In this document: one piece after another, positions 39,304 through 53,334 of the stretch
Numbering within the stretch: the first letter of the stretch is position 1
How the letters are laid out: each line of letters starts with the position of its first letter
DNA from: Octopus vulgaris
Taxonomy: Eukaryota
Assembly: GCA_951406725.2 (NCBI GenBank)
Contig: OX597836.1
Span: forward strand, 20,398,001 to 20,462,000
Reading direction: 5' to 3'
DNA length: 64,000 nucleotides
Position numbers and translations under genes: made by a program
Notes under the pieces: generated by a model
The model's database searches: none
What the model was told of the DNA's origin: nothing
Seen by the model: the letters and a program-made list of their open reading frames with translations, nothing else

Positions 39304-39441
39304 TTGTATGTATGTATACATACATACATATATATAAAAGTAACTCTATATCATAGCAAGGCTGATGGTTATTCTACAAGAAATTCAATAACATCCATCA
39401 AAACATTCATAGAAAATTAGCTTTCTGAAGAAAACACAAGG

Positions 39442-39492
<51 letters not shown>

Positions 39493-39507
39493 TGTGTGTG
39501 TGTGTGT
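39442..39507. repeat. (GATA)n(GT)n microsatellite
   Basis: Direct reading. Confidence 0.95.
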
Positions 39508-42500
39508 TGGAAATGGTGATCAACTATAGCCACATACAGACCAATGACACTGAATACTATGGATAAGGGGAGTTTAAAGTTAAAAGATTTATATGGAATA
39601 GTGCCATGTGATTACTCAGTAGTGTTGGGTTTATGTAGAGTAACATTATGTAATTATAGTACTGTGTGATTATATAGTTTTGTTGAATGTATGTAGAATA
39701 GTCCTGTCTAGATTAATTTAGACGAATTATACTTCGTTCCAGCTATTTCACTCCACTAAAATTGATGACAAGGTCCCCATTTTATAGCTGTGGAACATTT
39801 TGTATTAATGTAAGAAGTCCTATTTTGCTGATCTCACCTGCCATTGTAAAAAAGAACAAAATTCCCCCAAAATATTTAAAAGAAATATTGATTTCAAATT
39901 TCGACACAAGGCTAGCAATTTTGGTGGTTAATTGGTGCTTATTTTATTGACCCCGAAAGGATGAAAGGCAAAGTTCACTTTGGCAGATTTTGAACCCAGA
40001 ATGTGAAATTTAAAAGAAATATTAAATACTACACACAGATGCAATGCATACATTCTTGTTTATTCATATGCTAAAGTAGATATAAAAACTGATTGAGAGT
40101 GTTTTTCGTTACATTTCAATCATGTTTGAAGCTTATCAGAGTCACAAATGTAGATAGAGATACTAACAGACTGATAGTGTACTGGTAAGTGGCATAGCCA
40201 AAGGCATAAGCAGATGCTAACATGGCATGGGTGTGTTGGTTCAACTTATAAGTTTGAACACTGTGTGTGTGTGCATGTGTATGAATTTATAAAGAATTTG
40301 GATTGTATTAATATCAACATAGACTAAGCCGCTAAGCTGGCTGAATTGTTAGCACACTGGGCAAAATGCTTAGCAGCATTTTGTTTACGTTTGTATTCTG
40401 AGTTCAAAATCTGCCAAGGTTGACTCTGCCTTTTATCCTTTTGGGGCTGATAAAGTAAGTACCAGCTGATCACTGGGGTGGATAATCAGCTTGCTTCCTC
40501 CTTCAGAATTGCTGGCCTTGTGCCAAAATTTGAAACCAGTATCATCATAGACTGAAAATTACTAAATTACTGAAGTTTAACACAGCCATGTATATATACT
40601 TTTTTATAGGGGTTGACAACAAGAGGTTCACTGGGATGTTGGTCTCAGTGGGCCTTGGGGACCTTTATGAAAAATTCTCCAAATTTTATGTATTTGTTGG
40701 TCATTGAGTAGTTGTTAGCTTTTGCTTATATAAACATTACTGGAGATGGAAATGGGGTGGGTATGTGTAGCAGGGGATGTTTTAATATGTAAGATATGAT
40801 ATGATACATGTATTGTCCATAGGCAAGTATAAAATAAAAGTCAAAAGTGGTCAATGACAAAACAGAAGCAGCTGATCCCTGATCTTTCATATACACACAT
40901 ACACAAATTTTCAGATACATACACACACACACTCTTACTGAATACTCATTTTCGTATACATAGATGCAGGCTATTTCAAATATATATTCACACTCTTACA
41001 AATTGTGTCTTCATTTTCACACACACAGACACATACATACAGACACACACGCATTTTGTAATAATTAAAACATTTGATTGAGTACAAATATTAAAATTAA
41101 GAGTAGAAATTTGCTAATTGTAACATTTGTACCTTTATCAGTGCAGGAAAATCTTTGAATTTTTGAATACCTTTTCACTTTTTACTAACAGATGGCCCTA
41201 AGTGTGCACAAGTGTGTGTGTGTGTGTGTGCGCACATTGAGGTAATTTAAAACCTAGTTTAAGATTAACAGAAGAACATTATCTGATGGGTTGGAGCCCA
41301 ATACACTGAGTAGAGTCAAATTTATTACAATAATAATTGTTTCTAATTTAGGTAGAAGGCTAATAATTCTGAGGGGAGGGAGTTAGTCAACATCACTGAC
41401 CTCAGTGCTTGGCTGATACTTTATGGATCCTGGAGAGGTGAAAGGCAAAACTGACCATGGCAGATTTTAAACTCAGAATGTAAAGAGCCAGAACAAACAA
41501 TACAAGGCCTTTCATCTGACACTGTTATGATTCTTCCAATTATTATTGTTGTTATTAAGGCGGTGAACTGGCAGAATCATTAGCACACTGGGCAAAATGC
41601 TTAGCAGTACTTTGTCTCCTGCTATGTTCTGAGTTCAAATTCCACTGAGGTTGACTTTGCCTTTCTTTCTTTCAGGTTCGATAAATTAAGTACCAGTAAA
41701 GTACTGGTGTCAATGTAATCAACACATCACCTCCCCCAAAATGGTTGCCCTTGTGGCAAAATTTAAAACCATTATTATTATTATAATTGAAGTCAATGAC
41801 CCAGCAGAAACTATTCATATAAAACCTGTGTAAAAATACCACTGATTAAAAGCATATCAGCTTTTAATCAGAGGTATAGTTTCATATACCCAGGACTATA
41901 CAATCCAATGTGCCTTTCCATTTTAAAGATAATTAGGTGCAATTTGTAGGCCTGTCTTTTCCCCAACAGTGCACAGTGTACCTAATACTACAGTATCCAA
42001 TGTGTCCTTCCTCATTGACAGGGTGTAATTTGAGGGAAATTTGGTTACCATTTCTAGCAGACAGACTGTTTTGAGGCACTTTCACTGAATAGTGATGCTG
42101 TTAATATTATTATTTAGCTCCAGGTCAGAGCTGAGTAACCACAATCATGATCAAATGCATTCCATCCATGCCCATCCTGTCTTTTATAAAGAAATAGTTT
42201 TAACCAAACTAGACTGCAAAGTATCCTTTCTTTTGTTTTTCTTCAGTTATTTTCTAGACACAAAGAGTATGAAATTAAGGAGATTTTTTAAAAATATTTC
42301 TAGCAAATTGACCAACCACACAGAGTTCCCTTTATTGAATTATGATCTGACTGGAAATAGAAACGTATAGAATTCTTAAAGTTACTTTGCTGCTTGTGTG
42401 GTTTAATCTTTTATCTATAATGTGATGGTAATGGAATCGGATATGAGAAAAAAAAAGAGTATGTGTGTGTATTTCTTTACACCTGCCAGTCTGTATGCAT

Positions 42501-42668
42501 GTATGTATATGTGCTCGTGTGTCTGCTTTCATTATTATCTCCTGATCTACATAAAATGTCTCTTACTTACTACCCCACCACCTTATACTGAGCGCACACG
42601 CGTGTATGTGTGTGTGTATGTGTGTATGTATGTTTATCATTCTGAAATTGCTTTCAGCACATAACATT

Positions 42669-42671
<3 letters not shown>

Positions 42672-42723
<52 letters not shown>

Positions 42724-42914
42724 TATGACTAAATTGGTAATTTCAATAAATGATACTGTTTATGTAGCTTGTAAGTTTATGTGATGATATCAATATATAA
42801 GCATATGTCTGCAAGTGAATGTATATTATATATATACACACAGACATATATATATATATATATATATATACATATGCATTTATATACATATATATATCGT
42901 TATATGATGATCAT

Positions 42915-42984
<70 letters not shown>

Positions 42985-43295
42985 CATACACACACACATA
43001 CACACACTCACAAACACACACATATATATACATATAAAATGATTCATCCTTATTATATGATGATATATATGTGTGTGTATATACATATATACATGCATGC
43101 ATACATACATACATACATGCATGCATACATACATACATAATGCATACATACATACATAATGCATACATACATGCATACATACACACATACATACATACAT
43201 ACATACATAATGCATACATACATGCATACATACACACATACATACATAATGCATACATACATACATACATAAATACATACATATATAATGCATGT
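42672..43295. repeat. Compound microsatellite block: (AAT)n, (TA)n, (TG)n, (TACA)n
   Basis: Direct reading; source of many spurious ORFs. Confidence 0.95.
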
Positions 43296-44089
43296 ATATC
43301 TGTGTATATGAACACACAGATTTTCACGTTCAGTCTCCACCACCATCACAACCATCATCAACAACAAGTTCAACAAGCAATAAGCTTCTTTTTCTCTCTC
43401 CACTCTCCCCATTCACCAAAGTATTTTAAAATGCCACGAGAAAGTGGATTTGAAATAGGAATTGGTAAAATCAGACAGAAATGGACCAAAATATTTAAAG
43501 GAAGTAAAGTAAACAGTGTCGCTATTAACTTACAGAACAGAGATATTCTTTATCGATCACACACTAAACAGGAGAATTGCTTTATTGATCCGAGTCAGCA
43601 GTGCTAGAGGATGGCTGACCAAGTCTATGTTTAGTTAGAAGGGTTGGTACTCCAATTAAGAACGTGTGCATGACCTTGATGAGGTGATTGGATAGATGGA
43701 GGGTCTGGTGTATAAGTCAATAGGGAAGATGGGGTACAGGTGGATAGGGAGAAAGTTTTCACAGGCATTGATCTTCCTCGTCTCAGTTCATCTTTTGTGT
43801 TGCCTGCAGTGGTTGTGAGGCATCATAATTGTTGTTGTTGTCAAAGGAGATGATAATTACGATGAAGATGAGAATAATGGTGATGATAATGATGATTATT
43901 ATAATGATTGTGATTTTGCAACAATGGGGATGATTAAGGTGAGAAGAAGGTAAGAAGCAGCAGCAGCAGCTACCATTATTGATGCCATTGATGAAGAACT
44001 GGTTTTGATATTACAGAGACATGTGATATTTTGATATTGAATATAGAATCGAAGATGAGGCCATTCAATTTCTGTTAGGCCTTTGCAGG

Positions 44090-44420
44090 TCATGTTATAT
44101 TTGTGAGACAGTCAACATCTGCAAGGATAGGAAGTGAGCAGGAAGGGATTTTGCGAGGGATGATGTTTTGCAGGAAGGATTATTGGGCATAGAGATTGAT
44201 TATCATTGTACCTAGTAGTGAGGGTGATGGGAAGGACATAACATAAAAGATGAGAGAAGGAGATATGAATGGATTAGGAGTACCTGAGCCACATTTGAGG
44301 AACAGAGATCATTACAGTAGTGGTAAAATAGGCAGAAAGAGGAGACAGCATCCCTGTGGGCCAGAAGGTGAAATGTGTCTGTGTGTGATTTTTATATGAA
44401 TGAGTCGGGTAACCCTTTTT
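44090..44420 (-). pseudogene. CR1/L2-group LINE ORF2 C-terminal relic
   Basis: LAHRDAVSSFCLFYHYCNDLCSS and TSSL..SLPAH resemble L.HRR.V.SL.LFYRY..G.CS and T..LWN.LP motifs. Confidence 0.55.
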
Positions 44421-47400
44421 CTGGATGTGGCCTATGCTGATTGTGTGATGATGATATTGTTGTCGATCCTGGATCTCATTGCTGTTTAGACCCCAATCAA
44501 CCCATAATAATATATTTATAGAATAAAGTCATGAAAAGTATCATTAATGACCTTAATCAGAGGAGGAAAAGCAGGAAAAATGTCTCCTCTTTTAGGATTT
44601 TTGAGACCAGAAGAGTAAAAGGGAGGAAGCTGTTGATGCCCACACAGTACAGAACTGGTCAGAACACTCATACCAAAATGGACTGTGTTGAATAAACCTA
44701 AACAGTTAAAAGGTGACATTAAACTGAGTGACAGATTAAGTTAGAAAAATTAGTGGGGTGAGAGAAGAATGAATTAAGATGCAATCAAAATACTTCCAAA
44801 ATAAACTGGAAAGATGAGACTCAATATAGTTGCCTGACCTTCTAGAAATCTCCCTAAAATCCATGTTTTGTCTTAACTATCAGTCAGTCAGTCAGTCATG
44901 AAACATATACATATCATACCTTGTTTACATTTCTTTACAAGGAAGGGAGGAACTCTCTAATGTGTGAGAGAAAATTCTAACCCCTTCTATCATTTGTTTT
45001 TGTTCTGAATGGAATCATTACAAGACTCGGATTTTGTTAAGAGTTCAATAAAGAAGGAATATTTTAGATAATAATATAGTCACTGATATGTGGAAAATGG
45101 GATGGTCATGGCTGGAATATCTTTAAGCTAAAGACCTAGTAATAAGAAAGAAGGCAGCATCCACAACCTTTTCCTAAAGCATCTGGGAAATGCTAAAAAG
45201 CACTCAAGCACAAGGTGATGATTAAGACTATCACCTCTAAAATATGTACAATCCTACTGAAAGGGTACGCACTTCCCATCTCCTGAATTCCACTAGCAAG
45301 ACTTTGGTCAATCCAACTGTATGTTATGGTAGAAGCCGCTTGTCCCAAGAAACTGTGCAGTGGGACTGAAATCAAACCTAAAACTATGCAGTTACAAACT
45401 GAACGATTTAACCATACAGTCATCAGAGATGACCTAAGACTATGCAACTACAACAATTATTGAGTACTATTTCACAAGACTGACTCTTAATACTGAGCAA
45501 GCAGAGAGAGTATCTAAGAACTGTTAGGCCTTTATTGTTTTCTAATAGTGCTGGTGACATGTCAAAGACACCTGTACAAGTGACATGTAAAGGAACCTGT
45601 GCTGATGACGTGTAAAAGGCACCCATGCCAGTGATACGTAAAAGGCACCCATACTGGTGACACAAAAAGAGATCGATGCCAGTAACATGTAAAAGACACC
45701 CAGTACATTCCATAGAGTGGTTGGCATTAGGAAGGGCATCCAGCTGTAGAAACCAAGCCAAAACAGACAACTGCAGCCTGGTGCAGCTCCCTGGCTTACT
45801 AGTCCCGGTTAAACAGTCTTACCCATGCCAGCATGGAAAATGGACACTAAATGAAGATGATGTTGAATAGTGCTTCATATCAAATTTAAATATTTTCATT
45901 GCTTAACCAGAGGAAGAAGGGAAGTACTTATGGCCTTTTTGTAGAGCTCTGAAGGTTGGTTGTGAGGGAAGGAAAGAAGCCATCACCTCTCAGGGGTTAT
46001 TATAGTAAGAAACGGCGCATGATGGTATCAATTTATCCTCAAACCACTGACCTGGTCAGAATGCTTACAACAGAGTGGAGTATACTGAAGGTACATGAAT
46101 GCCAGATGGTGGTGTTGCTAATCTGGGTAATGGAAGAAGTCAGCTACTTAACAACATGTACAATTCATTTGAGAAGTCCTGTACAGTTTCCACTCACAAA
46201 GTTTGATTCAACCTGAAACTATGGCTGAACTTGGAATCACGTGATTGTGAAATGAACTTCTAAATCATATAAATATACCTTAATAAACATAGTAGTAAAA
46301 ACAAATTTTTTAAATGCAAACTAAAAAATGAAAAAAAAATAATAATTAATGAAAAATAAATGGAAAATATAAAAGAAATAAAATTAAAAAATATAAATGA
46401 AAACTAAAATAAATTATTTTGTGTGAACTTCTAAGATGAGGAATTACCATTATTGTACATACATATATTTGGGACAAGTGTGTTTTTATCTTGGTTGTTA
46501 TAACAAAAGTTTCAGCTATAGTAGTCTCTGACCATATTCAAGTACTTGTTATTTTTGGCAATGTTCTCAAAATTTTGAAGCAATTATTCAATCCAAGGAG
46601 CAGGGGTGTACCCTCATTCATTGAATAAAGGTTTCACTTTGTAATTTTGAGAATTTATTAAATACAAGCAGCTCAAGAAGCTTGGAAGGCACACTGAAAC
46701 TTTGTGACTGTCTCAATCAAGAAATGAAAACTAGTTGAGAATTATCAAAGTAAAATAAACACCCCTAATGATTTAATTGAAGTGAAATGAAATAATCTAA
46801 ACATTTAAAATAGTTGATTTAAAAAATTGCAACCAAAAAGAAAAAAAAAAATTATATCTTTTGTGAATTGATCAAGAAATGAAAGAAGAAAAATTTTTCA
46901 GAAATTTCTGGTAGTTTTCTAATAAGAATTTTTAATTTTGGCACAAGGCCAGCATTTTTGCAAGGATGAGCTAGTTGACTACATCAACCCCAATATTTGA
47001 CAGGTACTTTATTTTATCAATCCTGAAAGATGAAGGGCAATGTTGATTTTGGTGTGAATTGGACTCAGAACATAAAGAGCTAAAATAAAAATAATAATGA
47101 TGATGATTTTAAATTTTGGCACAAGGTCGGCAATTTTAGAGGACAGATACTCAATTACATTGACCTCAGTACTTGACTGGTACTTTATTTTATCAATACC
47201 AAAAGGATGAAAGGCAAAGTTAACTTTGCAGGTATTTGAACTCAGAACATAAAGATGTAAAAGTAATGCCAGTGAACACTTTTTGTTTGATGCAGTAATG
47301 ATTCTGCTAGCTCATTACCATAATAATAATAATAATAACAATAAATAATGCCAAAGTCACTATGACTTTCACCCTTTCAGGATCAATGAAATACAATACC

Positions 47401-49551
47401 AGTTAAGCACTGGTACTTAACTGGTATCAACCAAATCTCTTCTTCTCATAAATTGTTGGCCTTGTACTTAAATCCAAGAGTCATTATTAGTATTATTATT
47501 AAGGTGGTGAGCTGGCAGAACTGTTAACATGTCAGACTAAATACTTAATGACATTTTGACCATCTCTGTGTTCTGGGTTCAAGTTCCTCTGAAGTTGACT
47601 TTGCCTTGCATCCTTTCAGAATTGATAAAATGAGTACCAATTGAGGGGTGGGGTCAATATAATCACCTTACCTCCTCAACTGACCTTACTGGCCTTGTGC
47701 CAAAATTTGAAACCATTATTTTTATTATTATTATTATTTTGTTTGCTGAATTGTCAAACCTGATTGCCTAATGTTCAAAGAAAGAAGAAAAAAAGAAGAT
47801 GCAAAGAAGAAGAAAGTTAGAGAAAAAAAAAAGAAAAAAAAATTTAAAACAATTTTTTTCCATTCATTAAGTTAAAGGAAAGAATATTAGACCCACCCCT
47901 CCACCATCAAATTGAGTTTCATTGCATTGTGATGTGATATTGTGTTGTGTTGTATCATACCACACTCTGCTGTACAAGTGTTTCATTTCTGTGTTATTGA
48001 ATATCACCAATTCTCAGGTGATTTTTTTTTTTACAGCTCTGACCAGGGTGGTGGGTGGGGTGGTGTAGAGGGTGTGAGTAAAAAGAAGAAAAAGAAGTAA
48101 AAATTCTTAAGATGCAAAAAAACAAAAAAAAAAAAAAACAACAAAAATAATTCAAAATAAATAAATAAAAAATTTTTTAAAATACCATGCAGAATTAAAG
48201 AACAAAAAAAATCGATAGCAAAAGAAGGATCATACCGAGAAATAAAAAAAAAATCATTATCATTACTATTATTATTTTTGCTTGGTTTCTAAGATTGGAT
48301 AACATGCCAAAAATCTTTCCAGCAAAATTATCAACTCACTTTAAGGAAAAAAGATAGTATTTGTTCAATTACTGCTTCATTTTGCTCTCTTTATTTCTCT
48401 CTTTCTCTTTAATATATATATATATATATATATATCAGATTTCTCTCAAGTTCTTTCAAGGTGGGGTGTATTTAATTCTTCTTCTTCATATATATATATT
48501 TTTTTTTTTTTTTTCATTTAATGTATATATTTTTTTCCAATCTGAATTTTTTGATTATTTTTTTTATCATTTTTATAGTTGTTCTTGTTGTCCCCCACAG
48601 ACCATAAAAAATGACAGGAAATCATTTATATAGAAAAAACAGCCAATCATTTCCTTTTGTAAAGCCACTGAATGTTGGTAATATGGTGTAATATCATTTC
48701 TGTAAAGTGCAAGAGAAGTGGGGATAGAAATCAAAATTTAATTATAATTGATAATAATCAATTAATATTATTTACAAAGTCATCTAAAATTTACATCAAT
48801 CATCAATCTTTCTCTGGCTCTCTTCCATTTTTCTCTCCTTCATATTCATCTTGTTGGTATTGTTGTTCCACCCCACATCATCCCTAAATCAGAACTATGG
48901 TGAAAAGACATTCCTGCCATGATCATTCCATCGTTTTTTTTTCCTGACATACTGTATTGAGGATCACATTATCCAAAATGACCTTTATTTTTAAGATGTA
49001 AAGTGTGATATGAGAGAGATTAGGTTGTTAATTACAGCAGGTCAAGTAACGATAGAGGAGATCAGTAATTAGCTCATAACTTTGATAATTATTGAGAACT
49101 ACATCATTATATGTGTTTTTCTTTTTAAGATGTTACAGTATGATTTGAGGTAAATTTGGCTGCTACTTTTAGCAGTTTGACTGTACTTATAGTTTGTATC
49201 TCACAACATCTTATGTATACTAGCATGTGTGTGAATAGTTGCTAATCTAGTTCTTGAGCTAAACACTTCATTTCACGCTCCATTCCACTCAACTGGCAAA
49301 ATTGAGTAATCCTGCAACAGACCAGTGTCTCATCTGGGGAGGAACATATATATCAGAGAAACTGGGAAACTGGCCCTATGCTCCTTATGGAGTAATGTAG
49401 ACTAACCACGTTTCATGTTCAGATATTACAATAATCAATTAGGTGTAAATAGCAATGAAGTGTACTATCTAATATATATATATATATATCCCATTTGATT
49501 TATATGGATAATACCATACAAAACTCTGGTGCTTTTAACTTAAGTACCATA

Positions 49552-49607
<56 letters not shown>

Positions 49608-51263
49608 TATATGTATATATATATAAAGAGTTTATGTCAAACTTAGATTTCAATCTAGGCTCTAGTAACAAGTGAAGACCTGCTGTTCAATGAGAAAGTA
49701 CTCATAGGCAGATGTTTTGCATGTATGCATGTGTGTATAAGTTGCTATAATATAGACCTTTCTTTTTAAGTGATCATGGTATGGTGGTGGGTGGAAGCAA
49801 CTGAAAATATAAATGAAAAGAAACAAAAAACGAAATAAAAGAAAGAAAAGAAAAAAATAGGGAAAACAGAAAGTGGGGGATCAAAAGGCCTCTGACTTCA
49901 AATATTAAAAACTGAAACTTAAAATAAACAAAAAAGGTGTAAATTGGAAGGCAAAGGTAAGTAGTATTTGATGCTGCACCAGGATGAATTAAATTGATTT
50001 TTGTGAAAAGAATTTAAGACTGATACAATATTTTTTTGATAGATTAATTTTTGAAATATATTCACTGAGTGAAAAAAAGATTACTTCAATAATATTTTGT
50101 TTGTTAATCCATATGAGGATAGATGGCCATCATATTCACATCATTGATGGGTTTCAGGAGTTAAACAGCATACATGAGAGTGGCTGACAAGTCCAAGACA
50201 AGAATTTGGTAGAAAATTGATGCATGTGTGTGGTGTGATAGTTATAGATGTGCATGTATATTACTGTGTCTATGTGTAGGCATATATATACATATATAGA
50301 CATCAGTCATTCAACACACAAGAATATTCATTATCATAGCCAAGAAAATTACATGCATCACAAAATATAAAGAAGTTGACCTTGTTTATACATACATATG
50401 TATGTATGTACATATATATGTATGTATGCATATATGTATATACACACACACACACACACATATATAAACAACAAAAACATAAATTGCAAGCTGCAGTGCT
50501 TATCTCAATAAGGTGTACATGTGTGTATACATTTACATACATAACGATATGTGTGTGTGTGTGTGTGTTTATAAACATATGTATATAATATGTACACATG
50601 TTTATAAATATGCATACAAACATATATATATATATATATATAGGCGCAGGTGTGGCTGTGTGCAAGAAATAATGCTTGACCACATAGTTCCAGCTTCAGT
50701 CCAACTGTGTGGCACTTTGGGGAACTGTCTTGTACTATAAGCTTTGGGCCAACCAAAGCCTTGTAAGTGAATTTGGCTGACAGAAACTGAAAGAAGCTTG
50801 TTGTGTGTGCGTGTATGTATGTGTGTGTGCGTGTGTGTGTGTCTGTGTGCCTTTGTGTCTATGTTTGTCCTTTGTCACCACTTGACAATTGCTGTTGGTG
50901 TGTTTATGCCCCTGTGACTTAGTGGTTCAGCAAAAGAAACTGAGAGACTAAGTACCAGGCTTAAAATTCATTTGACTAAATTTCTTCAAGGTAGTGCTCC
51001 AGCATGGCTGCAGTCTAATGACTGAAACAAATAAAGGATACATACATACATATATACACATATACATATATACATATTTCGCTATGTTGGACCACTGAAC
51101 TCAACATGTTTTTTCCAGTCTCTGTTTATTTCCTCTTATTCCTTTCTGTTGAAGATCACAGGCTGGAAACATAAAGACTTTTCCATTTGTCTTGTGCGTC
51201 AAACTAATACACTTGCTTGTTGTTCCTACCCGTCTTCATCTTTGTTTTTCTAAAAATTTGAAC

Positions 51264-51330
<67 letters not shown>

Positions 51331-51447
51331 CTCTGAGTTTTACTATGACAATCAATTAATTGTCACATATTATATTTATAGATAAATTCCTCTATTTACA
51401 TAATATCGAGGTCTCAGTCATTCTTTTGTTGTCATATTACTATTATT

Positions 51448-51492
<45 letters not shown>

Positions 51493-51495
51493 GGC

Positions 51496-51590
51496 TTAAA
51501 ATTTACGACAGCTGTTTTGGTAGAAATATATTGATGTTTTCATAGATTACATCATAACATACAATCCACCATCTTCAGGTAAAATTTTAA
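51496..51590 (-). ncRNA. Degenerate type I hammerhead motif (G12 to A) inside an MPDZ intron
   Basis: ttaaaattttac-CTGAAGA-t-ggtgga...tctacc-AAAA-CAGCTGTC-gtaaattttaa; about 11-bp stem I, palindromic stem III ACAGCTGT, GUC triplet. Confidence 0.55.
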
Positions 51591-52612
51591 ACAAGTATCA
51601 AAAAAGTGAGATAATACCTGGATTATGACAAATCCAACCAACTTTGCTGGATAACTCACTATGAACCCAATGTTATTTTACCTTGCAATTTTTGGCATCC
51701 TACTTGCTGATGTGCCTAGATTCTGTTAAATCTTATATCTATCTATATATGTGCATATATATATATATATATATACACACAAATGTAAATGTGTATGGTC
51801 AAATTCTGATACATGATGGCTCCAGGAAACATCTAAAAGACTTTCTTGGAATAATATGTGATTTACCTTTGAACTTTTCAGGAATTGAAGCTATCCTTAA
51901 CAGTAATTAAACTCCGCCTTAATTAACAAGTTTCCGTACAGTTTCTCTCTGTTAAGTTTCACTCAGGATATATCAGACATTCCAAGAGACTTCAGCCCCA
52001 GATGGTGCACAGTGGGACTGAACCCAGAACTATGTGGTCATGAAGCTAATTTCTTAACCGCAAGGTCATACTTGTGTTTGTGTGCATGTATGTCTGTGTG
52101 TGCATGTGTTTGTGTGTATATATAGACATATAAATGAAGACAACAAGTGTTTGTAAACCAAAAAGTTATATAAATAAATACGTCTGCATAAAAAACAAGA
52201 CAAAAGAAGTATAGAATAGATCACAACAACATCAATAATAATAACAACAACAACGATAAGTATATGAAGGTTGCTAACCTTAGCAACTATTCCAGCTCAC
52301 TAGAAAAGCTTATTTTTGCTTTACTTATTTACTTTTGTAAAGGAATCTGGCTGCTCTATGATTTGTATGATACCAGGATTGTACATGTTTTAAGGGGTGC
52401 ACTTTAGGGAAGGCAGGGGTGGATGGGTTGGGTAGAGGTAACATGGAGGACAGTGGCTTGTGATAATTATTTGATATTTATGATTTGTAAATTGGGACAA
52501 CTTCTTTTGTAGTTTCAATAATGAAAAGAACCAAAAAAAATGTACTAAGTGAGATGAGTCGAAACTTTCATTGCAAGCTTATTTTAATTTTGTTTTTAAT
52601 TGTAGCTATTAC

Positions 52613-52649
<37 letters not shown>

Positions 52650-52904
52650 CAGAACTGCAGGAAACTCTAGAATTTCATGTGGGTGGGTGGGTGGTGGCAG
52701 ATGGGAAGAAGAATGATTCTGGACTCGCTTATTCTTTTTTGTTTTGGGATTTTTGATTTTTTGAAATTTTTTTTTTAATTGGAAACAATTTTTTTGTTTT
52801 ACGTCATTATCGTTACTATTATTATTTACATATAAATGACATTAGTAATGTCTTATCTCAGATAGAAAATTGTAGATGAGAGAAAGGATTTGGGGTGGAA
52901 TATA

Positions 52905-52982
<78 letters not shown>

Positions 52983-53039
52983 TATATCATTGGGAAATAA
53001 CAAGTTGAATTTGTTAGAGCAGCAAGATATAACCCATTA

Positions 53040-53068
53040 TTAGTAGCTTTTAGAAGAGGGGAGACCAC
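53040..53068 (-). CDS. Candidate alternative last exon (coding part GGLPSSKSY*)
   Basis: Strong acceptor cctttcttttctccaaacag. Read in phase 1 after exon 59562-59706 it gives a short tail and TAA, followed by U-rich UTR-like sequence. Confidence 0.45.
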
Positions 53069-53164
53069 CTGTTTGGAGAAAAGAAAGGTAGACATAGAAA
53101 AATCAGGATACATCAAATGGTTGATTAACAACAGCAGCAATAACAAAGAGCAAAATAAATGTTG

Positions 53165-53172
53165 TCATAGAC
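53165..53172 (-). CDS. Candidate alternative last exon acceptor (coding part GL*)
   Basis: Very long polypyrimidine tract then tatttcttacag; phase-1 reading gives GGT CTA TGA. Confidence 0.35.
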
Positions 53173-53259
53173 CTGTAAGAAATACTTCAAAGATAAAAAA
53201 AAAAAGAGCAAAAAGAAAAAAAATTGCTTATAATGAATGAAAAGAGAGACAATTATCAA

Positions 53260-53334
<75 letters not shown>

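Noticed and set aside
41130-41200. Possible small exon between AG and GT sites in the long intron
   Set aside because: Phase-1 readings hit stop codons or break the frame.
42781-43607. Long ORFs rich in Y/I/C/V/H/T/M (also 2356-2767, 7755-8117, 17086-17908, 19236-19583, 50303-50756 and others)
   Set aside because: Translations of (TA)n, (CA)n and (TACA)n microsatellites with no domain content.
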